A stretch of 64,000 bases of DNA from Bacteroidota bacterium (GTDB lineage Bacteria > Bacteroidota > Ignavibacteria > UBA10030): assembly GCA_026416125.1 (NCBI GenBank), contig JAOAFT010000004.1, forward strand, positions 70,448-134,447. Reading direction: 5' to 3'. Below the pieces are notes generated by a model, which was not told the origin of the DNA, made no database searches, and saw only the letters and a list, made by a program, of their open reading frames with translations. Position numbers and translations under genes: made by a program. Positions 51,953 through 61,434 of this stretch are shown here, one piece after another (position 1 is the first letter of the stretch; each line of letters opens with the position of its first letter).

Positions 51953-54571
51953 ATGTCAACGCCTCTAATGCGACAGTACCAACAAGTGAAGTCGAAGTAC
52001 CCTGATACGATTCTCTTGTTTCGGATGGGTGATTTCTTCGAAACGTTTGAAGAGGACGCAAAAATTACTTCGAAAGTACTTGGAATTGTGTTAACCAAGC
52101 GCGGGAATGGTGCTGCTGGTGATGTACCACTCGCTGGCTTTCCTTACCATGCTCTCGATGCCTACCTTCCAAAGCTACTCCGTGCTGGGTACCGTGTTGC
52201 AATTTGTGAGCAACTCGAAGATCCAAAGTACGCAAAAGGGATTGTAAAGCGCGATGTTGTTGAAGTAGTAACACCAGGTGTTGCTTTCTCAGAGAAAGTA
52301 CTCGAGCACAAGAAGAACAATTACTTAGTTGCCATTGCGCTCAACTCACCACTTGCAACAAGTGGCGATACGATTGGATTCGCGTACGTTGATGTTTCAA
52401 CCGGAGAATTTGGTGCAAGTGAATTTCCGTTTGTGCACCTCCTTGAACATCTAGGGAGTTTTCAACCACAAGAAATACTTGTCCAGAAACGTGATGCACA
52501 CACTCTCACTTCTCTGGTCAAACAACTTCAGCAAATATCTCCCCTCATTACAAAGGTTGACGATTGGGTTTTCAATGTCGACTATGCATACGAAGTCCTT
52601 ATTACGCACTTCAAAACGAACTCGCTCAAAGGGTTTGGAATTGAAGAAATGCGGTGGGGGATCGTTGCTGCAGGGGCAATTCTTACTTACTTGCAAGAGA
52701 CACAAAAATCGAACATTCCTCACATCAAGAAAGTTGTGCCGTACGATTGCAATGCTACTATGGTACTCGATGGCGCAACGCGTCGTAACTTGGAGATTAC
52801 AACATCGCTCTCAGGGCAAACAGATGGTACACTCTTCGCTGTTCTCGATCGGACTCTCACGCCGATGGGCGGGCGATTGTTGAAACAGTGGGTGTTCAAT
52901 CCGTTAAAAACCGTTGACCAAATTCGTGCTAGATTGGAAGCAGTGCGTGAGCTTGTCGAAAATGAGCAGATTCGTGATGCACTCACCTCCCACCTCGTAC
53001 ACATTGGTGACTTCGAACGACTTATTGCGCGGATTGCAACAGGACGTGCTACACCACGAGAAGTTGTTCAACTGCGTGCAATGCTTTATCAACTTCCACC
53101 TTTGAAGGGTCAGTTAGCAGGAACTCGTTCGATGCTCCTTCGGGAATTGTACCAGTGCCTCAACCCCTTAGAAGAACTCGCTCAACACCTTCACCGTGTG
53201 GTTGAAGACGACCCACCGGGAACACTAGCCGAAGGTGGAGTTATTAAACATGGGTACAATGCAGAGCTCGATGAACTGCGAGCTCTCTCCAGGAGTGCAA
53301 AACAGTGGATCGCACAGCAACAACAAATGGAAAGAGAACGGACTGGGATCCCTTCACTAAAAATTGGGTACAACAATGTGTTTGGGTACTACATTGAGGT
53401 GACAAACGCGCACAGAGAGAAAGTGCCAGCTCACTATATTCGGAAACAAACACTCACGAATGCCGAACGATACGTTACTCCTGAATTAAAGGAGTACGAA
53501 GAAAAAATTCTCCATGCGGAAGAGAAGATTGTAGAGCTCGAAGCACGGTTGTTTGCTGAAGTGAGGAGTACCATAGCAGAACACGCGATTATTATCCAAG
53601 AAAATGCACGTGCTATTGCAACACTCGATTGTCTTCTCTCCTTGGCAAACGTTGCAGTCGAGAATAACTACACATGCCCTGAGGTTAATGATTCCACCCG
53701 CCTTGAAATCATAGAAGGACGTCACCCTGTTGTTGAAAAATTCCTTCCGCCAGGTGAACACTATACCCCGAACGATACGATCCTCGATACTGAAGAAAGC
53801 CAAATCAACATCATTACCGGACCGAATATGAGCGGAAAATCGAGTTACCTCCGTCAAGTAGGCCTCATTGTTCTCTTAGCCCAAATTGGGAGTTTTGTAC
53901 CAGCGAAAAAAGCATCGATTGGCATTGTCGATCGAATCTACACACGTGTTGGTGCAAGCGACAACATTGCACTCGGTGAGAGTACATTCCTCGTCGAAAT
54001 GCACGAAGCGGCGAACATTGTCAATACCGCTACAAAACGGAGTCTCATTCTTCTTGACGAAATCGGCCGTGGGACAAGTACATTCGATGGCATCAGTATT
54101 GCTTGGGCTCTCACAGAGTACATTCACAATCATATTGGGGCAAAGACACTCTTTGCAACACACTTCCACGAACTGAACGAACTTGCTCATCACTATCCAC
54201 GCATCAAGAACTATAAAGTTGATGTTCGGGAATATGGCGATCAGGTTATTTTTCTCCATAAAGTGAAACCAGGTGTGGCGGATCACTCCTATGGTATCCA
54301 AGTAGCACAAATGGCAGGATTACCAGAGGAAGTAACTGAGCGTGCTAAACAGATCCTAAAAACGCTTGAGCGCACAGAGGTAGTGCTTCCACCATCAATA
54401 CAAAACCAGGTAACAGCTCCACTCCAATTGACGATATTCAATGCAGACGATAGTGCACTTCGGGATGAATTACGCTCAATTGATATTAATACACTCACAC
54501 CACTTGAAGCTTTGCAAAAGTTGGCTACACTTGTGGAGCGGGCACGTACGAAGAATTCATGTGGAGGATAA
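51953..54571 (+). CDS. mutS: DNA mismatch repair protein MutS
   Basis: TPLMRQY, FRMGDFFETF, ITGPNMSGKS, STFLVEM, DEIGRGTST, FATHF. Confidence 0.98.
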   Translation: MSTPLMRQYQQVKSKYPDTILLFRMGDFFETFEEDAKITSKVLGIVLTKRGNGAAGDVPLAGFPYHALDAYLPKLLRAGYRVAICEQLEDPKYAKGIVKRDVVEVVTPGVAFSEKVLEHKKNNYLVAIALNSPLATSGDTIGFAYVDVSTGEFGASEFPFVHLLEHLGSFQPQEILVQKRDAHTLTSLVKQLQQISPLITKVDDWVFNVDYAYEVLITHFKTNSLKGFGIEEMRWGIVAAGAILTYLQETQKSNIPHIKKVVPYDCNATMVLDGATRRNLEITTSLSGQTDGTLFAVLDRTLTPMGGRLLKQWVFNPLKTVDQIRARLEAVRELVENEQIRDALTSHLVHIGDFERLIARIATGRATPREVVQLRAMLYQLPPLKGQLAGTRSMLLRELYQCLNPLEELAQHLHRVVEDDPPGTLAEGGVIKHGYNAELDELRALSRSAKQWIAQQQQMERERTGIPSLKIGYNNVFGYYIEVTNAHREKVPAHYIRKQTLTNAERYVTPELKEYEEKILHAEEKIVELEARLFAEVRSTIAEHAIIIQENARAIATLDCLLSLANVAVENNYTCPEVNDSTRLEIIEGRHPVVEKFLPPGEHYTPNDTILDTEESQINIITGPNMSGKSSYLRQVGLIVLLAQIGSFVPAKKASIGIVDRIYTRVGASDNIALGESTFLVEMHEAANIVNTATKRSLILLDEIGRGTSTFDGISIAWALTEYIHNHIGAKTLFATHFHELNELAHHYPRIKNYKVDVREYGDQVIFLHKVKPGVADHSYGIQVAQMAGLPEEVTERAKQILKTLERTEVVLPPSIQNQVTAPLQLTIFNADDSALRDELRSIDINTLTPLEALQKLATLVERARTKNSCGG

Positions 54572-54580
54572 AACACAGCA

Positions 54581-55201
54581 ATGCACTCAAATACCTATAC
54601 ACTTACACGTCATACTCTCGCACACGTACAGCAACTTAGTGTAGATCCGGAGCTTTTCACTCTTCGATTTTTACCACAGTGTTCGATGTGTAATTGTAAT
54701 GGAATGTGTTGTCGAGAAGGTGTGTACGTTGATCTCGAGGAAAAGAGCAGAATTCTTGACCATAGCTCGCTCATTCTCCAGTACATGGAACCGAATCAAG
54801 TCCGCGAACCATCACAGTGGTTCGATGAAAATGTACAACCAGATCCTGACTTTCCGTCAGGATTCTGTGATGGAACACAAGTCGCAAATGGTGGATGTGT
54901 GTTTCTTAATAGTAAAGGGTTGTGTACTCTCCAAATTACTGCAATGCAGGAGGGAATGTCAAAATATGCACTTAAGCCATTCTACTGTTTTGCGTTCCCT
55001 TTGACACTCGACGGCGGTGTACTTACGATGTACGAACCGGAATTTGCAAATCGTCCTGAGTGCTGTAGTGCGGTGCCTGATGGTACACTCACAATCCTTG
55101 ACATTTGTTGGGAAGAATTGGAATTTATGCTAGGACGGGAAGGAGCCGATGAATTCCGTGCCCTCTTCGAAACAGTCTGTACGAACAAAGTGGGCAAATG
55201 A
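54581..55201 (+). CDS. Cys-rich putative zinc/iron-chelating protein (DUF3109-like)
   Basis: CSMCNCNGMCCREG, CVFL...CTLQ, KPFYCFAFP. Confidence 0.7.
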   Translation: MHSNTYTLTRHTLAHVQQLSVDPELFTLRFLPQCSMCNCNGMCCREGVYVDLEEKSRILDHSSLILQYMEPNQVREPSQWFDENVQPDPDFPSGFCDGTQVANGGCVFLNSKGLCTLQITAMQEGMSKYALKPFYCFAFPLTLDGGVLTMYEPEFANRPECCSAVPDGTLTILDICWEELEFMLGREGADEFRALFETVCTNKVGK

Positions 55202-55246
55202 ACCGTCTACAGTAGGGAATAGTTTCTTAAACCAAGAAGGAGAGCT

Positions 55247-56479
55247 ATGGATCAACGTCGTTTGTACCGCACGATCGAAAGTTTTGCATCGCAGAGTTTT
55301 AAAACAGAAAAAGAACTTCTCAAACACGTCATGAACGAAATTGTGCGCAATGAAAATATTCGATTGAAAGGTGGTCGACTGTGGCAGTACGAACCTGCAA
55401 CAGAATCGTACAGACTCATTCACCAAATTGGTGAGATCGAAAAACTTGAACCAGGGTACCGCATCTCAGTTGCCCGCTATCCACTTTTTTTACAACTCAT
55501 TGAACATCGGACGATCATTGCGACAGAGACCGATAAGTATCTCCGTGGAAAAGGCATCATCAAGTATTCTGCAACAGGTATTGGAGAGAAAATTCGCTAT
55601 CGCGATACGTACGTGTTCCAGTACGTCATGGCATTTAACTCAGATTACCTCGACCAAAATCTTCTCCTGGACTTAAATATTATTAGTCTTGCAGTGAGTA
55701 CACTCTTGCGGAACAAACGAATTCAACAGAAAGCTGATTTACTTGCACAGGACATTGATAAAGCACGAGAAATTCAAGAAAGTATTCTTCCAGAACCCTA
55801 CATTCGATTTTACTACTACGATGTCTATGGTCTTTCGCGTCCCGATCGTATTGTTGGAGGCGATTTCTTCGATTATATTTTCGGTGATGATGCAAAAGAT
55901 CGCTTAAGCGTTGTTGTTGGTGACGCTGCAAGCAAAGGGTTCCAAGCAGCTGCTCAGGCACTCTACGTTGTTGGAGCATTACGGATGGGAATTGCCCATC
56001 AAACAAAAACAGCAGCACTTATGTCGGGGATCAATAAGATTGTTAATCGTTCGTTCACCGAAGAACAGTTTGTATCTCTCTTCTACGCAGAGCTTACGGA
56101 TGGTCAAAAAGGATTAATGCTCTACTCAAACGCTGGTCATAATAGCCCTATTGTGTACCATGTCTCAGACGACAAAATTGAATTGCTTGAACCAACAGGC
56201 CAAATCCTTGGTCCCTTTCAGAATGCACGGTACCGTGTGGAGAGCACAATGCTCAAGAAAGGAGATGTTGTTGTGCTGTATACCGATGGTATTACAGAAG
56301 CACGACGCATAGATGGTACAGTGTATGGGGAACAACGTCTTATTGAGCGAGTAAAACAACTTGCTCCGAAAAGTGCCCAGGATATTTGCGAAACATTAAT
56401 GAGCGATGTCGAAGCATTTTCTGATGGTGCAGAGTACTCAGACGATAAAACAATTGTTGTTATTAAACGAACGAAGTAA
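55247..56479 (+). CDS. RsbU/SpoIIE-type PP2C phosphatase with divergent GAF-like N-terminal domain
   Basis: AREIQ, VGGDFFD, GDAASKG, NAGHN, LYTDGITEA, DDKT. Confidence 0.9.
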   Translation: MDQRRLYRTIESFASQSFKTEKELLKHVMNEIVRNENIRLKGGRLWQYEPATESYRLIHQIGEIEKLEPGYRISVARYPLFLQLIEHRTIIATETDKYLRGKGIIKYSATGIGEKIRYRDTYVFQYVMAFNSDYLDQNLLLDLNIISLAVSTLLRNKRIQQKADLLAQDIDKAREIQESILPEPYIRFYYYDVYGLSRPDRIVGGDFFDYIFGDDAKDRLSVVVGDAASKGFQAAAQALYVVGALRMGIAHQTKTAALMSGINKIVNRSFTEEQFVSLFYAELTDGQKGLMLYSNAGHNSPIVYHVSDDKIELLEPTGQILGPFQNARYRVESTMLKKGDVVVLYTDGITEARRIDGTVYGEQRLIERVKQLAPKSAQDICETLMSDVEAFSDGAEYSDDKTIVVIKRTK

Positions 56480-56576
56480 TGTATGTATGAACGTAATTTG
56501 CCATCCTGGAGTCTGAGTATGCAGTTCAATACCTGAGTAATGCAGTCTAAGACTCAAATGAGGGAAGGGAAAATAT

Positions 56577-58175
56577 ATGACGGAACAAAAGTATATAGGA
56601 ACCGTTATTTCAGTCTCGAGTGGTATTGTTACTGTACTTCTCGATGACACGATCACTTCGTTAAAACGTGAAATCGGAGGAAAAAGCTATTTCATTGGCC
56701 AATTAGGTTCCTACATTCTCATCCCAATGGGATCAATTGTTATTGTTGGGATGACGAACAAACTTGAAAAACGTGAAATAGTACTCAACGGGAAAAGTCA
56801 CCTTCGCTACATACTTGAAGCCTCACTTGTCGGCACTGTAAAAGGAGGACGGTACGATCGAGGTGTTTCGTACTTCCCATCTGTTGATGCACCTGTATTC
56901 CTTGCAGAAGATACCGATTTAACAGTTGCTTTTTCAGTGTTCCAACGCTATGGATTTTCAGTTGGCACAATCTCACTGTTTGAATCGCAACGAGCATACC
57001 TTGATCCAAATCGTTTCTTCGCAAAACATATTGCTGTTTTAGGTTCGAGTGGATCTGGAAAATCGTGCACAGTGGCATCCATTCTCCAGAAGGTTGCCTC
57101 ATTCCCAGATACGAATATCATTATCCTCGATCTTCACAACGAATATCGTGCTGCGTTCAGAGATGCAAACTACATTCGCATTGCTGATTTTGAACTTCCT
57201 TTTTGGCTTCTGAATTTCGATGAAATTTGTGAAATGTTTATTGATCCGCGTGACGAGAATGCATCGACACAAATTACCGTGTTGAAAGATCTCATCATCA
57301 ATTCCAAGAAAGGAAAGAATCCAAATGTTTCACTCTATGTTACAATAGATACGCCGGTGTTTTTTGACCTCAGCGAAATTCGAGCTCGAATCCAGTACAT
57401 GGATACAGAAAAAGTTTCATTAGGAGGAGGTGTCACACGAGAAGGTCCTTTCTATGGGAAGTTCACTCGTTTTCTTGTTCGTCTCGATGGAAAACTGAAC
57501 GACCCTCGATACGAGTTTATGTTTCGACCAAAGAAGTATACAACTTCGGAAAGTTTAAACAGCTTTCTCACTTCAATTTTTGGGAGCGAGGGAAAGGCAC
57601 GTATTACAATCCTTGACCTTAGTGGTGTTCCATTCGATGTTGTGAATACTATTGTGTCGGTTCTCGCCCGTACTGTTTTCGATTTTAACTTTTGGAATCC
57701 GAATCGACGTGAGTTCCCGATTCTCCTTGTATTTGAAGAAGCACACAACTATTTACCGAGCAGCGTTGAGTCAACAGCCCGTCGTACAGTCGAACGTATT
57801 GCGAAGGAAGGGCGCAAGTATGGTGTCTCAATTATGGTTGTCAGTCAACGGCCAGCAGAAGTGTCAGAAACGATTCTCTCGCAGTGCAGCAACTACGTTG
57901 TGCTTCGCTTAACGAATCCGAACGACCAGAATTATATTCGACGATTAGTACCCGATACGTTTACGAGTTTAATTGAAGTACTTCCATCCCTTCGCCAAGG
58001 GGAAGCGCTTGTTGTTGGTGAATCAACTCCGATGCCTTTACGTGTACAAATCGATATCCCCCATCCAGAGCCTGATAGTGGCGATATTAAGTTCTACGAG
58101 AAATGGAAGAAGAGTGATAGCGTAACTAAAATTGAAACAGTTGTTTCACGGTGGTGGAAACAAGAGAAGGAGTAA
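56577..58175 (+). CDS. HerA-like (DUF87) P-loop ATPase
   Basis: N-terminal HAS-barrel-like region. KHIAVLGSSGSGKS, LDLHNEY, VFEEAHNY, RIAKEGRKYG, SQRPAEVS. Confidence 0.9.
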   Translation: MTEQKYIGTVISVSSGIVTVLLDDTITSLKREIGGKSYFIGQLGSYILIPMGSIVIVGMTNKLEKREIVLNGKSHLRYILEASLVGTVKGGRYDRGVSYFPSVDAPVFLAEDTDLTVAFSVFQRYGFSVGTISLFESQRAYLDPNRFFAKHIAVLGSSGSGKSCTVASILQKVASFPDTNIIILDLHNEYRAAFRDANYIRIADFELPFWLLNFDEICEMFIDPRDENASTQITVLKDLIINSKKGKNPNVSLYVTIDTPVFFDLSEIRARIQYMDTEKVSLGGGVTREGPFYGKFTRFLVRLDGKLNDPRYEFMFRPKKYTTSESLNSFLTSIFGSEGKARITILDLSGVPFDVVNTIVSVLARTVFDFNFWNPNRREFPILLVFEEAHNYLPSSVESTARRTVERIAKEGRKYGVSIMVVSQRPAEVSETILSQCSNYVVLRLTNPNDQNYIRRLVPDTFTSLIEVLPSLRQGEALVVGESTPMPLRVQIDIPHPEPDSGDIKFYEKWKKSDSVTKIETVVSRWWKQEKE

Positions 58176-58192
58176 AGGATCGTAGATGTACA

Positions 58193-58720
58193 TTAGGAGA
58201 ATCTTGAGATGAAGTGTTGAAACAATGTATAATTTTTTGTGATATATGTAAATTCTTTCTGGTTAATTAGTACAAATTTCCACTCAATTCCTGTTTGTTT
58301 TATTACCTGCTTGCACCATCGTTCAACTGCTTTATTTTTGTTTTCTAATTCTGGGAATTCGCGCCCTTTTGTTTCGAGTATCCAATAAACTTTATCTCTT
58401 TCAACTTTTTGGTCTGCACCATAGTCAGGATAATAAAATCTTATAGCGCCTTTTGAAGTGAGGTAATCAATTTTGAAATCCGTTCCTGCTAAGGCTGAGA
58501 ATGCACTACTATCTTCGCAGTTATCTAAAAACTTTGCAAAGTCGGCTTCAAAATCATTATAGAGAGCAACAAAGTTGAAAACAGTTTTTCTTAAACGTTT
58601 ATGTTTTCTTCGCCAGGTAAATGGTGGTGTCTGTGAAAGCACGATAGGTTTACTTTGGACTTTAATTGTTTTCCTCTCAACGGTTGCTTCCCCAATGGCT
58701 GACGTTAAATGATCAATATA
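58193..58720 (-). pseudogene. C-terminal nuclease fragment of a type III-like restriction subunit
   Basis: FNFVALYNDFEADFAKFLD, FKIDY, YYPDY, ILETKGRE. The frame extends only to ~58720 and the helicase part is absent. Confidence 0.7.
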
Positions 58721-59151
58721 GCAGGGGAATTAGAGTACCGTGAATATCTGATGCTTCAATGACAGACGGAACAACGAAATCTTCAATCTGAATTTTATAG
58801 GGACCTGAAACGATGATTGGTGTTTCCGTAAGTGCAAAAACAGATTTGAAGCCTACACCGAGTTTACCGATAGTGTTTAAATCTACTTTCTTTTTTGAAT
58901 TTCCTATACCAGTTACCCCTTCTATATCTTCAACGTCGAAATCTCTTCCATTGCGATAAAAACCAACCGATCATTATAAAGCTCAATTTTTATTTCAGTT
59001 GCATGTTCATCCTCGGTATTTTGGAATAATTCAAAGATGAAATGGGACGGGTCGTTGTATAAACCGGCAAGAATGCTATTGATATCGAAATTATTTTCCT
59101 TTGAAGAATTAAGCCAATTTTTTCTTTTTGAACTAGCTCTTCAAAGGTCAT
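58713..59151 (-). pseudogene. Sacsin-like GHKL ATPase N-terminal fragment (two frameshifts; not in ORF track)
   Basis: Manual translation: RBS AGGTGAG and ATG 59151; LYNDPSHFIFELFQNTED, NGRDFDVEDIEGVTGIGNSKK, IGKLGVGFKSVF. Confidence 0.8.
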
Positions 59152-59211
59152 AGCTCACCTCATATATTTTCTATTCTACAATAAAACTTAAAATCACATT
59201 CCTTGCAAATT

Positions 59212-60980
59212 TTAGTTTTGTCTGGCATTGCGTGATGGTCTTGGTTGAGACTTAAACTCCAGCAATTCTAATTTCTTATCGTTGCCTAAGATTAGGTCAA
59301 CTTTACCAGTGATGATATAGTCATCTTTTTCCACTGATACATCAACTTCAGTTTCAACAATCCTTTTAAGTATGTCTTTATTGTTATTGAAATAGTTCAT
59401 TACTTGATTCAATGCGGACTTTTTTTGATATGGTGCGAGTGGTCGCAATCCGGACGCAAGAAGTGATTTGTAATTTTTTTAAATGGTCTCTAATTATTTC
59501 TCCGTTTACAGGCTCATTATCGAGAATAGCTCTATGGATATCTTCAATAGTTTCACGGACAAGTGTTCCGAAAATAATTTGTCCAGTTCTACTCGGAGTA
59601 AACTCAAAGTCTTTATAAAACTGATATTGGCGTGGACAGGTTTCATAGAGGTTGATGTGTGTTGTCAGTGATAGACTTTTCTTGGGTACAAAAGGATTTT
59701 TAGATTGAAACTTTTGGAGCTAGAAGCGTCTCTTTTCTAACGTGTGGCCATTGCTTAAGTCCTTCCAATATTGGATTAAAAATAGGGTTCGGTTTTGAAC
59801 TCGATGTAAGGACAAGAAGTTTTTAAGCGCGTGAGAATGCAACATAGAAAGTTCCTGCGTGGTCAAATATTGTAATACGATCTTCTGGTTTAAATTGATC
59901 TCTTAGATAATAGGGTGAAAGTCTTCGATTAACCTCTTTACCTACGGGAAATCGTTTATCGAGCGAACCAACAACGACAACAGGGAACTCAAGTTCTTTT
60001 GACTGGTGAATGGTCATAATTTGGACATAACCTTTGGGTATAGGATTATCTTCATCTTCATATTCATTTTGACCGGCCTCAATAAGTAGGTTCAGAAAAC
60101 TGTTAAAGAAATTATATTTCACATGCAATTTGTTTTTTGCACTTACTGACAGGAATGTGATAATAAAGTTGAAAAGTGCTCAGCAAAGATGACAATATTG
60201 ATAGATTGCGAGCTTTGTTTTCATCCTTAAGGGAATCGGAAAATGGATTATAGGCAAACATTTGGTAGAGATAGTCAGCAACATTCGTGTCTAATGTAGA
60301 TTTACCGCTGATTTTGAAAATTCATTAACTCGTGTTTTTATAAATGAGGCAAGTGGAGAATTGATAAATGGTGAAAGTAACTTTAATCCTTCTTCTAATT
60401 TATCTTTGTGTGGATACTTATCTAGATCATTATCAACGAACCCAAAAATTAAAGTATAACAACTTAACGTTATTAGTACTTCTTCATTTTCAAAACAGGC
60501 TCGTACGCGCGGACAAAATACCTTTATATTTTTCTTTGCTAATGCCTCAATATAATAACCAGAGTAATCGAGTCTAACGCTTCGTAAGAGTAACACAACA
60601 TCACTTGGACCGTTTATAATTTTTTTTCGTTAATAGATATTCGACTAACTCAGCGAACCGCTTAGCTTCTTCTTTTTTCGATTGAGTCCAAATTGAAAAA
60701 TACAGCAGGATAGTCTGGTGATACAGTAGTAGATGCAACCTTTACTTTTTTATCAGGGTAGCGAAAAATTTTTTGTTATCAGAATCGTTCCAATTAATAG
60801 ATTCAGTAGATGTATTATATGTTTGAATAATTTTTGCATGTGAACGATAGTTGTTTAATTTAAAGTTTTTTACTCTGTACGGGAATTCAAGGATGTTTCT
60901 TACTGTTGCCCTTCGGGAGCGATAGAGAGCTTGATCCTCATCTCCAACGACGCAAAGATTCTTATGGTGCTTGGTTAGTG
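59212..60980 (-). pseudogene. UvrD/PcrA-like helicase fused to a PD-(D/E)xK nuclease, fragmented
   Basis: Motifs spread over broken ORFs: VVGDEDQALYR, NYRS, MTIHQSKELEFPVV, FYVAFSRA, TGKVDLI...LLEFKS. Confidence 0.85.
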
Positions 60981-61240
60981 GGAGAGCAATAGCTTTGCTC
61001 TTGAAGTATGGTATGGTGGATAGTTCATTATCATCAGCGTCAAAAAACATTTAATTGTTTTACATTCTTCGAGTGCACGCTTTGCTACCTGCTTTACATC
61101 TTTTTGTGGGATGACAAATGTTAGGAAAAGTTCTACTATTTCATAAAGTTGAAGGTTAGAAATTCCATGTTCAAGAAATCGTTTCGGTACTCTTTCTCGA
61201 TGATTAAAAATAGTGCAGCTTTTAATTAGTGGTATCCATT
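60980..61240 (-). pseudogene. radC: RadC (UPF0758) N-terminal remnant
   Basis: Manual translation: HRERVPKRFLEHGISNLQLYEIVELFLTFVIPQKDVKQVAKRALEE...FFDADDNELSTIP, with an early stop and frameshifts. No JAB domain. Confidence 0.75.
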
Positions 61241-61434
61241 GTGAGATCCCACTAAAATTAAATTGTTAGTAATACTAGTTTACCCCTTAATTTATCGTGT
61301 TGATGTACTGTTATGCCTCTTCAGTAGATATCATTAAATTAGTAGCATTTTTCAATCATCTATTGTTGATCATATTGTTGGGCTATGTTGGTAGGTTTGT
61401 TGAAACGAGTCGACGAGTGAAAGAAAATATTTAG

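Noticed and set aside
56577-61240. HerA plus the downstream UvrD/nuclease as one intact defence operon
   Set aside because: They lie on opposite strands, differ in composition, and the downstream genes are pseudogenes.
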